Shown here one piece after another: positions 13,161 through 25,570 of a stretch of 64,000 nt of DNA. The stretch is from contig NC_043013.1 in assembly GCF_006345805.1 (NCBI RefSeq), positions 38,130,001 through 38,194,000 of the forward strand, in the 5' to 3' direction. This DNA is from Octopus sinensis (lineage: Eukaryota). A model generated the notes under the pieces. The model was not told where the DNA came from. It worked only from the letters and a program-made list of their open reading frames with translations, and made no database searches. Both the position numbers and the translations under genes were made by a program. Within the stretch, counting starts at the first letter, position 1; each line of letters starts with the position of its first letter.

Positions 13161-13926
13161 TACATAGGGTCCATGGAGTGACTTGGGTTAAAAAAATTTT
13201 CAATTTCTTGCCTAATGCAGGCCCAGGGCCAGATAAACTTACGTTTTAAGATTTTCGCAGCATTAAGGCCAGTAAGTTGAAGAGTATCCAGTAGCTTTCT
13301 TCCAAATTTGCAACAAATATTAATCAGGCCTCTAGAACCGCTGTTGACAAAAAAAAATTCCGACGCCGACTGTATCAAAAAAAAATTCAGATTAATCAGA
13401 TTTGAGTATACTGCGCTAGGTTTTATCTTTGATTTAGGCCATTTTCCGACGATAAAATATTGACACTATTTATGCATTATAAGTAGTGTATAATATTTCA
13501 TAAACACCTTTTTTGTCCAATTTGACAGAGGAAATGAGAAGAACATTAAATTTTTTGCCGGCGCCCTGTTGATGCTTCATGTTACCATCCTGCCCACCAC
13601 CGGGCCATGTGCGCGCGCGTGTGTGTATGTGTGTGTGTTTGCGTGCAACTGGTTAAAGGCACAACAAATCCATTCATCCAGAAGTGCCCTGTTGATGTTT
13701 CACATTTCTGGTCCTGCGCAACGAGGCATGGCCCTGCAGCATGTCTGCTTTCTATATCATCCATGTCTGAAATATATAATGCCAAATGTTCGTACAAAAA
13801 AAAAACTGCTGTTGTGACTCAGGCCCTTGAGTTTGACCGCGTGACTAATTCCGGAAGCTACGCTCGCCACCTGCAATTAGTCCCTCCACCCGTGTTCCCT
13901 CCCTCGTTTGGTCGGACGAGTAAATT

Positions 13927-14388
13927 CAGGGTGCCTCAGAATTAATGATGATTTGAGTGAAATCGAATGCATTATCTTAAAACTCACTCTTATTTATGTT
14001 TATCGTGATCAATATGTGTTAAAAGCGTATAAATTTTGAACTTTGTTTATAATTTTATTTTCATTCCTGTTGGACCCCATGACAGCTTTTTTCAATTTGG
14101 CAGCAATCATTTTCTTTACCTCCATAACCAAGATGGAGCAATCGTTTAGCTGAGCTTAAAGAACACAGTTAGCAGTGCAGGAGCTAACTCCCGAAATGCT
14201 TCAAAATGTGTTTCACAGCGCTAAGGAGAAATTTGAAGTAAGCAGGGATACAGACATGTTGAAAATTTCCAATAAAAGTTTGACGTAAGATTTATAAATC
14301 TATTTGTTTTGATAATAAACATAAAATTCAGTCAGATTTTTAAAAATTTGCTCAATTTCATTGAAACAGTTAATTCTGGAACACCCTG
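13927..14388 (+). mobile_element. Tc1-like internal-deletion derivative / MITE
   Basis: TIRs CAGGGTGCCTCAGAATTAA / CAGGGTGTTCCAGAATTAA; residual C-terminal-like peptide LTPEMLQNVFHS. Confidence 0.75.
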
Positions 14389-14524
14389 TGTGGTGTGGAG
14401 TTGTTAGTTGTTGCGTTGCTCGAGTAAATATTAAAATCAAAGCACTTCTCGCCGTAAACAACTCATCTTTTAGTTAAGCATATTGTATCAAGGAGTATAT
14501 TATCCAAAATGTATCTCTTCTTTA

Positions 14525-14648
14525 AAGGCGTGGCTGAGTCGTTGAGAAGTTTGCTTCCCAACCATGTCGTTTTGGGCTCAGTCCCACTATGCAGCACGTT
14601 GGGCAATCTTCTTTCATTACAGCTCCGTGTCGACCAAAGCCTTGTGTA
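14525..14648 (+). mobile_element. Degenerate SINE-A 5' fragment
   Basis: GGCGTGGCTG..TTGCTTCCCAACCATG..CAGTCCCACT. Confidence 0.7.
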
Positions 14649-15394
14649 TTATATAATTGCCATTACTGTATTGATATATAAGATAACACATACAACTCAT
14701 TTATTATTGTCATATAATAAACAAACAGAAGTTCGTGTATGAAATTGATCATTTTTCTACTTCAACTACTACATGTTTTTTTTCTTATAAAATACACACA
14801 TACAGGAGGAGTAACACTCTATATATAATATCACTTTGAATGTGGCTCCCGAGAAAGAGTAAAAGTAATTGCCCGATCAGCGACGGGTATTACCACTAGT
14901 TCTCAATAAAAGTGAGATGTTAGTTTTGACAAAACTGAATCACTGTTCCCCGTTTCGGGAGAGGATATTCTGCTATAGTAGACACACCTTGCAACTGACT
15001 CCATTTTTCTCACATTGAGTCCAAGAGAGGAGTGACACTCAACAGTTGAAGGGCGATGCGGCAATATTTTACATAAAGTAGATCGATAGCTGTAACCGCC
15101 CCCCTCGTGATGATAGATATTCGACATAACTCCACGAGTTAGCTTTGCTAGGACACTGCAAGTGAGCTTAAAAAATAATTTTGTAATTTCAGACAAAACT
15201 TTCATTCAATTTGGGTTTGACTTGATCTGGTAGTACCGCTCATTATTACAGGTTAAGGAATTCGTGAAGCTATCTGTAGAAGGTTTGGATTAGAAAATTT
15301 TTCCTAAGCAGACCAGCCAATTTGTCCTTGTCTACGCCAAGAGGTTCCACAAAAATGTTCTCTCTTGTCCACAACTAATTCTTTCTTGTCCAAC

Positions 15395-16779
15395 ATTTGC
15401 CCACTTTGTGTGACTTGTAAAGGCCCTTCTTTGAGGAGTCCTCCGCCTCCTTGGACGCCTTCATACCCTCTTCTACAGAGATCTCAATCAACTGCTCTAG
15501 GACCTTACTTTGTTCCTGGGAACAGTTTTTCTTTATATGGCCAGGCTCCAGGCACTGATGACACCTGGTGGGGGGCGACCCTCAAGAATCACCGGGTACC
15601 TGTACCCGGCCATTTAAAAAAAATCTGGAAAACCCAGATTGGCTGATTGGGTTCAAAGGGTCAAAACAGCTTTTGACCCAACCCAATCGGCTGCAGGAAA
15701 AACTTTCACATTGAGGAGCTTGGCTCCACTGCCACCCAGACCCCGGCGGATAGCTTCGTCAAACCACTCGAGTTTTATCCTGGGTGGCAACCCATAGACT
15801 CAAGCTCCTACAATACGTCGGAAGAAACAAAATTTTATTGCCTTTCAGGGGTTGGTCTCACGAGAGTGCGAATCTCCTCAGAGGTGTCAAAAAGCAACCA
15901 CATCGTTGCTTATTTGACACCCTTGGAGATGAATTTACTAGTTGGCAAATATTCTGCTTACTTTTTCTCAATTTCACTCTTTTGAAAGAGGGCGATGGCG
16001 TCGAGCGACTTGGAGTACATTCGTTCGCAGTACCACCGTCCTCTCTTCAAAGTCTTTCATCCACTGTTTGGGCGGGACAATTTCCTATTCCAACGCAGTG
16101 TTATTTATCTTCTTTGCCATGTTTCTTTTTTGAAAAAGTCCACGAAAAACAAAAGTTCAAAGTAAAAAAAAAAAAAAAATTACAGGAAGGAAGAAAACGG
16201 GAAACAATTAAAAAAGCACAGCAAATACTTCTGGCTGTCCTAGTAGTCCTGGCCAACTTGGTAATCCTCCTGGCAAGGGCACAAAACAGTCACAAAGAAT
16301 ACACAATTTTCGGAGGGATACGCCTCCTAAACACACTTCTCGCCGCTAAAACTCAACCACAGGCAGATAAATGCGCGGAACTCAGTGGAGATTCCTTGTT
16401 CGAAGCAAATGTCTTACCTAGTAGTTGTGCTAAAAACACAGCAAATTCTTCTGGCTGTCCTGGTAATCCTGGCCAACTTGGTAATCTTCCTGGCAAGGGC
16501 ACAAAACACTCACAAAAATAACACAGTTTTCAGAGAGATACGCCCCCTAAACACACTCCTCACCGCTAAGTAAGACTTTAAACACAACCACGGGCAGACA
16601 AATGCGTGTACCTCAATGGAGATTTCTTGTTCGACAAAAATAAAGAAACACGAGGAACAAACCCCCTCTCAATCCCCAAAAATCAACTGTCTTACCTAGC
16701 AGTTGTGCTTCGATAATTCACGGCGTCGGTATACAAAGACATGATTCCAGCAGCGAAGAAGCGTCCACACAGTAGTGAG
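15395..16779 (-). mobile_element. Tx1/L1-like LINE 5' portion (5'UTR plus disrupted ORF1), copy 1
   Basis: ORF1 from ATG at 16120 (MAKKINNTALE...), CCHC knuckle RCHQCLEPGHIKKNC; homologous to 44954-46350; ~220-bp duplication in the 5'UTR. Confidence 0.8.
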
Positions 16780-16817
16780 GAAAGCAAGCTTCTTACCACA
16801 CAGCCACGCCTGCTCCT
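16780..16817 (-). mobile_element. SINE-A head fragment abutting the LINE 5' end
   Basis: AGGAGCAGGCGTGGCTGTGTGGTAAGAAGCTTGCTTTC, then LINE sequence. Confidence 0.88.
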
Positions 16818-16824
16818 ATTCTTT

Positions 16825-17172
16825 TATTCTTTTATTTGTTTCAGTCATCTGACTGCGGCCATGCCGAAGCACCGCCTTTAGTCGAACAAATCGACCCCAG
16901 AGCTTATTATTTTGCTGAACTGCTAAGTTATGGGGACGTAAACACACCAGCATCGGTTGTTAAGCGATGGTGGGGGAACAAACACAGACACAGAAACAAA
17001 CACACACACTTATATATATATGTATATATACGACGGGCTTCTTTCAGTTTCTGTCTACCATATCCACTCACAAGGCTTTAGCAGAAGACAATCGCCCAGG
17101 GTGTCACGCAGTGGGACTGAACCAGGAACCATGTGGTTGGTAAGCAAGCTACTTACCACACAGTCACTCCTT
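16825..17172 (-). mobile_element. SINE-A
   Basis: Reverse complement of family A with small deletions. Confidence 0.9.
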
Positions 17173-17783
17173 CGCCTATGTTTAAAATGTTGATGATGTC
17201 ATCGAGTTCTTCAATATTTAAGGTTTTAGAACGCTTACTTCTCGAACTAAGTTTATTGGAAAAAAGAATCTGATTGTGTCTTCTCTTTTCTTCCATAGTT
17301 AAACTTGCTCCAAACCATAACATTCGAACGCATATCCTGACAAGGAGTATAGTATTATAGATTACAATTATTATAACTACGATGATGACGACAACGACGC
17401 CGATTGTGATTATTAAACTTCTGCTGGTGTTTATAACGTTGATGATCATCATGATGATTATGATGATGATATCAGCTTCAGAAAATAAGTTTCTGTTATA
17501 TAATAAGTTTAAAAGTGAAGAAAGAGAAATAAAGGATATGAAATAACCACGCAACAGATGCAAATTTATTGAAAAAAAAGAAGACTGAAACAATATTTAT
17601 AAAAAAAACAACAACAAATAAACAATTCACAACGTTAAAAAAAAATACAAAACAAAAGAGGCATAAAAGGAGAAGCATGGGAGGTCAGCTCCTAAGTAAA
17701 ACTTAATGTTTTGTGCGTCGTCGTGTTTTTTTATGCATATCTGTGCGGCGTATGTATGTGTGTGTACATATATACGCATATAT

Positions 17784-17855
<72 letters not shown>

Positions 17856-18234
17856 GTATATGTACACGTGTGCTCGTAATTTTTGGCGTTGTTGTTGTTT
17901 TGCTTTCTGCTTGAAAGTGTATGGGTGTGTACAAATGTACAAATGTATGAATGTATGTATTTGCGTATGTGAAAGTTTACCACTTCTCAGCTGTGGATTT
18001 TGCATTACGTTCAGATAATATTCGTATTTATATTTATATTTATATGTAGGATTTTCATATATATATATATTTTTTTTTTGCTGTAATTTCTTTATTTCTA
18101 TTTAGTATTAAATTTCATTCTTCTTGCTTATCTTCCAATCCCTCTTTGTCTCCCAGTGTCTTTTTCTCTCTTTCCCCCCTCTCTCTCTACTTGTCTCTAC
18201 CTGTCTATTTATGAACATGTGTATATATGTGTTG

Positions 18235-18273
<39 letters not shown>

Positions 18274-19004
18274 CATATATATATGTAAAGGTATATATAT
18301 GTGTGTATATCTATATATATATGTATATATATGCATATATATGTATATATATGAATGTATATATATATATATATGTATATATATTTATATATACACAATT
18401 AATAAAAAGAACGGAGAAAAACATGAATACATATTACATTTTCATATACATACACGAACATATATACAATATGATGTATTTGTGTAGATAGATATGTGTA
18501 TGTGTGCCACCCTCCACACACACACACACACACACACACACAGTCGCACATGCATACACATGCAATTATGCATGTATCTCATATTGGGGCTAGTTTAAAG
18601 CCAGTAAACAGAGCTTTCGTTGATCGTTGATATATAATCCGGAGAGCTTTATGCTGCTATCTTGCAGAAAAGCTCTTACAAAAAAACTCTTTGAGCCCAA
18701 CTAATCTATAATTTACCAACTGTAAAACTTATCATGTTCTATAGAACTGAAAGTCATTCACCTGCTGGCTATACCACTTCGCAGCCAATAAATGCAGCAT
18801 CTTGATTTTCAATATGATTCAATTCACGTTTAAAACGTTTTAAATTTATATAATATTTACCCTGGTATTTCTTTCGTACATCGTTTTATCAATCTTGGAA
18901 AATGAAAAGCAAAGTTAATCTCCGTAGGATTTCAGCTTCCTACTTTAAATTTGTAGGAGCTGTATTGCCTGACTCTCTATCGATGCAGCCTCATAATAAT
19001 GCTA

Positions 19005-19190
19005 CTAGTCTCAGATTTTGGCACAAGGCCTGAAATTTACATCGCCTCCAGTGTTCCTTTGGTGTTTATTTTATGGGTTGCTGAAAGGTGTTCAACCTCG
19101 GCGGAATCTGAACTCAAAACATAAAGACGGACGAAATACCGCTAAGCATTTTGCCCGACATGCTAACGATTGAGCCAGCTCACTGCCTTC
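19005..19190 (-). mobile_element. SINE-B (B2 tail), degenerate
   Basis: Head and B box plus GGCACAAGGCC tail motif. Confidence 0.8.
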
Positions 19191-19539
19191 TAGTAATATC
19201 GATATTGGTTAACAAGTTTTGGTACTAGGCCAGAAAATTCGGGGGAGGGAGTAAGCCGATTGACGTTAGAGACTATATAACCTTCAAAAGGTAAAGTTAC
19301 CTTCTCAGGTAATGCCGAATCATAAGGGTTGGTTTCCTGGTTTCCATGGGAAATATAATTTTTGAAGTCTAGTTTCTAGTTAAAAAAAAGAACGATGGAA
19401 TTTTTGGTTAAGACGTGGAGCGCTACGGGCTCACTGCTCAACGTCCCAAAATGAAGAGACTTAACAGTTCGAATGCCTTAAGTTACCCAACACATTCGCC
19501 AAAGGATTATTTGATTTTCATGTAGTACCAACATATTAT

Positions 19540-20108
19540 TTTCTAATCTAGGCACAAGGCCCGAAATTTTGTGAGAGGAGGTCAGTCGGTTAGATCGACC
19601 CCAGTACGCAACTGCCACTTAATTTATCGAACCCGAAAGGATGGAAGGCAAAGTCGACCTCGGCGGAATTCAGAACGTAAATACAGACGAAATACCTATT
19701 TCTTTATTACCCACAAGGGGCTAAACACAGAGGGGACAAACAAGGACAGACATAGGTATTAAGTCGATTACATCGACCCCAGTGCGTAACTGGTACTTAA
19801 TTTATCGACTCCGAAAGAATGAAAGGCAAAGTCGACCTCCGTTGGGCATTTCGCCCGGCGAGCTAACGTTTTTTTATTTCTTTATTGCCCACAAGGGGCT
19901 AAACATAAAGGGGACAAACAAGGATAGACAAACGGATTAAGTCGATTACATCGACCCCAGTGCGTAACTTATACTTAGTTTTTCGACCCCGAAAGGATGG
20001 AAGGTAAAGTCGACATCGGCGGAATTTGAACTCAGCACGTAACGGCAGACGAAATACCGCTGAGCATTTCGCCCGGCGTGCTAACGATTCTGCCAACTCA
20101 CCGCTTTT
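19540..20108 (-). mobile_element. Head-to-tail SINE-B array (B1-B1-B2)
   Basis: Junction AAAGAAATA|GGTATTTCGTC at 19696/19697; second junction AAAGAAATA-AAAAACGTTAG near 19870. Confidence 0.92.
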
Positions 20109-20367
20109 AAGCGCCGACATATTAGGGTACTTAAATGTGTTTTATGTCTTGTTTCCCCCCCCCCGTTTTGCGATTACATGGATCACAGATGTATGTCCAG
20201 ACAGGGGAAAGGAAATATATGTACAGTAATATAAAAGAAACAAAGACCCACCCAAAGTTATTGATGCTGTTTTGCGATAGCATCAACTTTACTAAAATAA
20301 GATGTGACTAAATCGCTTCCAGCCTGTTTTTTTTTTTTTCTCTTGTTTTCGGTCATAATCTACCAAA

Positions 20368-20682
20368 GTGAAGGCGCGTGGCTTAGTGGTTAGGGCATTC
20401 GACTCACGATTATAAGGTCGCGTGTTCAATTCCCGGCTTCGCGTCGTACCTTTGAGCAACATACTTTATTTCTTCTTCCTCCAGTCCACTCAGCTGGCAA
20501 AAATGAGTCGTACCTGTATTTCAAGGAGCCAGCCTTGTCATACTCTATGCCGAATCTGAGAATTATGTTAAGGGTACACATGTTTGCGGAGCACTCAGCC
20601 ACTTGTACGTTAATTTCAAGAGCAGGCTGTTCCGTTGATCGTATCAGGTGGGACCCTCGTCGTCATAACCGACGGAGTGCTC
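20368..20682 (+). mobile_element. SINE-C (tRNA-headed)
   Basis: GGCGCGTGGCTTAGTGGTTAG A box, GTTCAATTCC B box; matches the reverse complement of 37375-37697. Confidence 0.88.
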
Positions 20683-20914
20683 CTAATCTACCGAGGATTG
20701 CTTTGTCCTGTATATACTTTTGGGGCTGAGGATCTGATGATATGATGGAAATATGTGTGGAAACTTAAGCAAGTAAAATTACTGGGTAGAGTAAACATAC
20801 AATAACATTTCATGCCAGTGTTGAATCACTGTGTGCCCTTGGGGGGGGGGGGAGGTAAATGATAATTTTTCAATATTACAAGTCAATGAGTGAGCAATGG
20901 AATTATTAGTTTTG

Positions 20915-21084
20915 GTTTTACTCTTTTACTTGTTTCAATCCTGGACTTATTCTTTGTAAGCCTAGTACTTATTTTATCGGTCTCTTTTGTCGAACCGCTA
21001 GGTTACGGGGACGTAAACACACCACCATCGATTATCACGCGATGTTTGGGGGGGACAAACATAGACACACAAACATATACACGC

Positions 21085-21168
<84 letters not shown>

Positions 21169-21350
21169 ATATATATGCATATACATATATACGACAGGCT
21201 TCTTTCAGTTTCCGTCTACCAAATCCACTCACAAGGCTTTGGTCAGCCCGAGGCTATAGTAGTAGACACTTGCCCAAGGTGCGACGCAGTGGAACTGAGC
21301 CCCGAACTGTGTGGTTGGTAAGCAAGCTACTTACCACACAACCACTCCTA
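20915..21350 (-). mobile_element. SINE-A with long internal (TA)n(TG)n
   Basis: Family A match. Confidence 0.9.
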
Positions 21351-21609
21351 CGCGTACGTTTTAGTTAGTAAATACTTATATGTCATTAAGTATTTTGGGG
21401 ATTTCGTCAGCGAGCAGTTATATCTTTAAATAGGAGCAAACTCTTCCTTTTGCAGTTGGATGTTCCCCCCAATCCGGACGTAAAAGATTATTTATGTTAT
21501 TCATTAATAATCGGGTTATCATACAGCGCATGTTGAATAAAGATCACTACTACAGTATGATAGTCTGTATAAGAAAACTTCCGTATTATGTGTTATATGT
21601 TAATGTTTC

Positions 21610-21829
21610 AGGAGCAGGCGTGGCTGTGTGGTGTGATGTTTACTTCCCAAACATCTGATTCCGGTTTCAGTCACACTGCGTGGCACCTTGGTCATGTGTC
21701 TTCTACTATAACCGCGGGCCGACCAAAGCTTTGTGAGTGAAATTGGTAGACGGAAACTGAAAGAAACCCATCGAATGTGTTTATGCGTGCGTGTATGTTT
21801 GTTTGTGCGAGTGTGATTGTGTGTGTGTT

Positions 21830-21865
<36 letters not shown>

Positions 21866-22240
21866 TTTATTCTCTTACTTCTTTCACTCATTTGGCTGTG
21901 GCCATGCTGGAGCACCGCCTTTAGGTGAGCAAATCGTAAGCCTAGTACTTATTCTATCGGTGTTGTTTGCTGAACCGCTAAGTTTCGAGGACGTAAACAC
22001 ACCAGCATCGGTTGTCAAGCAATGTTGGGGGGGGGACAAGCACATACACACAAATACATACATGTACATACATATATATATGCTACGTGCTTCTTACAGT
22101 TTCCTTCTACCAAATCCATTCACAAAGCTTTGGTCGGCCCGAGGCTATAGTAATAGAAGACATTTGCTCAAGGTGCTACACAGTAGGACTGAACCTGGAA
22201 CCATGTCATTGGTAAGCAAGCTGCTAACGACACAGTCGCT
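21610..22240. mobile_element. Inverted SINE-A pair: 5' half on + (21610-21775), near-full copy on - (21863-22240)
   Basis: Family A matches in opposite orientations. Confidence 0.85.
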
Positions 22241-22507
22241 CATATATATATATAAAATAATAAGGATGAAAAATTGAATATTAATTTGATTAATATCAAT
22301 TTAAAACCTAGTATATTATATTAAAATTCGAAGATACAGGAAAATTATATTACATATATATAAATATACATCCCTCTTATATGTATGTAATATATACTTA
22401 CATACATACATACATATTTACATATGTATATATATTGCATAATATACATATATATATATTCAAATACACACACGTGCGCGCGCACACACTTACACATATG
22501 TATGAGC

Positions 22508-22555
<48 letters not shown>

Positions 22556-22560
22556 GTATA

Positions 22561-22605
<45 letters not shown>

Positions 22606-23013
22606 GCATGTATGAATATATATGCGATGGGTTTCTGTCACACGTGTGAGTACGTATTCGCGCAAGATCATGTGTCTACTTCGTTGCCTCATTCTGTACA
22701 TAGTAGTGTGTAAGCGTGTTTGTATGCTGTAGGGGGAGAGGTGTTTATGTGTGTACATACCTATTGCACTATTGTATGCAAAATAAGTGAGAGTGTGTGA
22801 TAGTTTTGGTTGCGTATGCTTAAAGCTTTAACAGTGTCTTTTTGCAAATAGGACAATCAGGTTGATTAAACCGGATACAGCTGTTTTGACTTTTTTTATT
22901 TCCAAAACCCTGTCAGTTGTTATTGTCGAATACACTCGCACAAACTTGCACATACTCATAGAAACATACACACACTCACACACATGCATAATCCCGCTCA
23001 CGCACACACGACA

Positions 23014-23113
<100 letters not shown>

Positions 23114-23361
23114 AACGTGTGTATATGTATGTGCGTATGTGGGTGTGTATGCATGTATGTATGAAAGTGTGTATGTAGCAATACATGCAAATATATAAAG
23201 ATAAATACATATTTCTATATGTGCAGGTGGGCTTAAATATTTCGGTCTGGAACCACGTGGTTCTACGTTGGACCCTATTGAGCAGCATTTTTCGCAACTG
23301 TTACTTTTAGAGTAATCTCAGTATGTATATGTGTGTATACATATATATAATATATATATAT

Positions 23362-23415
<54 letters not shown>

Positions 23416-23444
23416 TGTGTGTGTGTGTGTGTGTGTGTGTATAT

Positions 23445-23612
23445 GGCTCCTCTCCTGTCAGGGGTTGCAGATGAGCCTACTTCACGACAGGAAACACGGA
23501 GGGGTACAGCAGTATCAGACTCTCCCATTCGCTAAATGTAACATATCAGAAGAGGTTTCAAACAGTGGTGCCCCAGCATGACAGAAGCTTTAAGGCTGAA
23601 ACAAATTTAAAG
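23445..23612 (+). mobile_element. Retroelement 3' end sharing the SINE-A tail
   Basis: GGTGCCCCAGCATG...GGCTGAAACAAA..AAAGAAT resembles the SINE-A tail but the upstream body differs. Confidence 0.5.
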
Positions 23613-23622
23613 AATTTTAAGA

Positions 23623-23654
<32 letters not shown>

Positions 23655-23686
23655 ATGTGTGTATGTTTTATCTATACATCAATATC

Positions 23687-23688
23687 TT

Positions 23689-23719
<31 letters not shown>

Positions 23720-23720
23720 G

Positions 23721-23808
<88 letters not shown>

Positions 23809-23842
23809 CATACATACATACATACATACATACATACATACA
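23687..23842. repeat. (TCTA)n / (GATA)n / (CATA)n microsatellite
   Basis: Direct reading; (TCTA)n and (GATA)n abut in inverted orientation. Confidence 0.95.
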
Positions 23843-24037
23843 TTCAAAATAATAATACTTGGCCCACATCTCAAATCTGTGCAGATATGTATGCCCGGTA
23901 GTTTCATACAAAAATGAGATGCTAAGTGACGTATAAATTGTAGAAAGATCTTGGCGGTATACTAAAGAATTTTGTCTTAAATATAAGCACATTCCCCAGT
24001 TCAATGGATATGTAATTTTTTTAACGTTATATTAGAT

Positions 24038-24229
24038 CAGTGCTTCCCAGCCTGGAGTCCGCAGTCCCCTGGTAGTCCGCGCAGGTAGTTCTGGGGATCC
24101 GTGAACCAAATTAAAAATTTCATATATATACACATATATACACAAGAACAAGCATATTATAGGGGGTCCGCGAGAAAACTCATTTAAATTAAAGGGTTAG
24201 AACCACTGTGTAATTGTTGGGAACCACTG
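24038..24229. mobile_element. hAT (Charlie-like) MITE
   Basis: TIRs CAGTGCTTCCCAGC / CAGTGGTTCCCAAC; 8-bp target duplication TATTAGAT / CATTAGAT. Confidence 0.85.
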
Positions 24230-24334
24230 CATTAGATCTTTAAAATTATTAGACCTAACCACTATGGGTTGCCAAACGAGAAAATTATACAAGTCCATAA
24301 GAACTCCAATAATGCACCAGCAATACAGCGGTGG

Positions 24335-24476
24335 TATATATGACGAAGAGCTCCGCTCGAAACGTTATACCCTCCTTCTTCCCTTCTTTCCTGAGCGTCC
24401 AATAATACTTTATTTGTTCCACGTCCTCGCGTTGCTGTGTTTTTTTGTTTCTTTGTGTTTTCTTGTTTGGATTAAC

Positions 24477-24480
<4 letters not shown>
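24335..24480 (+). mobile_element. PLE-type terminal repeat (family P1) with hammerhead-like motif
   Basis: TGACGAA-GAGC(tcc)GCTC-GAAACGTT; homologous to 33355-33450, 48765-48970 and 49155-49245. Confidence 0.7.
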
Positions 24481-24512
<32 letters not shown>

Positions 24513-25099
24513 AAAATGGAGAAGAAAAATTAGAAAGATGCTTGGTTTGTTTTATTTGTATTACAATTGGAAAAGTAATGCAAATTAAAAGATGAAAAAA
24601 TATACCTATAAGAATATAAAAGGAACCGCCTCAACCAACAAAACAACCCAAAAATATCAAAAAAGAAACGATATTCTACATACATATATATGTTTCGATA
24701 TAACAATATTTAAGAATCATCAATAATCTTAACTTTAAAAGATGCAATAATATGTATATTGTTATATCTTTTCAGGAAAAATAAATGTATTTTAGTCTTG
24801 AGTTTCAGAAATAACTTATTTGAGGATAATGTTTAAATATTTTCAAACGTAAACAAACTTACTTTAAAAGACGCATAGTTCATGTGCTTAGAAATTTAAC
24901 GTTTAAAATTTAGTTAATATTGAACGCTATAATGCTATTCAAACATCAAATCCATTTGTAAAGAAATCAACACCTACCCATCACACATACTATATCATAT
25001 TAATATTCATATTTACACCTACAAAGGGAAACGCAATAGAGGTGGCAATTGGACGGCCGCAACCCATCGCGAGTGGTGCAATACACGAAAAAAAACTAC

Positions 25100-25570
25100 A
25101 CTAGAAAAAGCAAATAAATAAAGATTTGATGAACAATATTGGTGCCATTTATGAATCAAATCATTCAGACCACAATCTCCAGCGATTCCAAGAAAAAACA
25201 TCTTGCATCTAACACACAAGGCGCACAAAAACAATACCAAAACAATACAACAATGACGAACCAATACTAATAGTAGGGAAATGAAAAATGGTGTTACAGG
25301 ACAAACTCCCCAGGAACCAAATGACTGGCGAATGTTGGGGACTTTCCTACCTAGACGTTGACAAGAATTTTTGGACAATGAATACTCCGCACTATAATGA
25401 GAGTGGCCGCAGTAAACGTTTAACCTACGGGTAGAATCCCTGTAGCACCCTGCATTCGTAGAGGAACATACGACAGGACGTAATCTGGTTTGGTCCATCT
25501 CACAATTTATATGTCCCAACAAACACTGTAAGGAATTATCTATCTTAGACAGGGCGCAATATTCCAATCA
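25100..25570 (+). pseudogene. Decayed Penelope-like RT C-terminal fragment
   Basis: LSYLDV, PHYNESGRSKRLTY and VIWFGPSHNLYVPTNTVRNYL resemble PLE motifs NFLDV, PYYNEAL..SGY and IIWFNPP..V.TN. Confidence 0.6.

Noticed and set aside
14800-15395. LINE endonuclease downstream of ORF1 copy 1
   Set aside because: Only vague resemblance; canonical APE motifs (GDFN, SDH) not found in any frame I read.
15784-16521. 245-aa plus-strand ORF
   Set aside because: Antisense to the LINE ORF1/5'UTR; its internal repetition comes from the 220-bp duplication; no recognisable domain.
25019-25567. 182-aa minus-strand ORF
   Set aside because: Antisense of a decayed Penelope-like RT on the plus strand.
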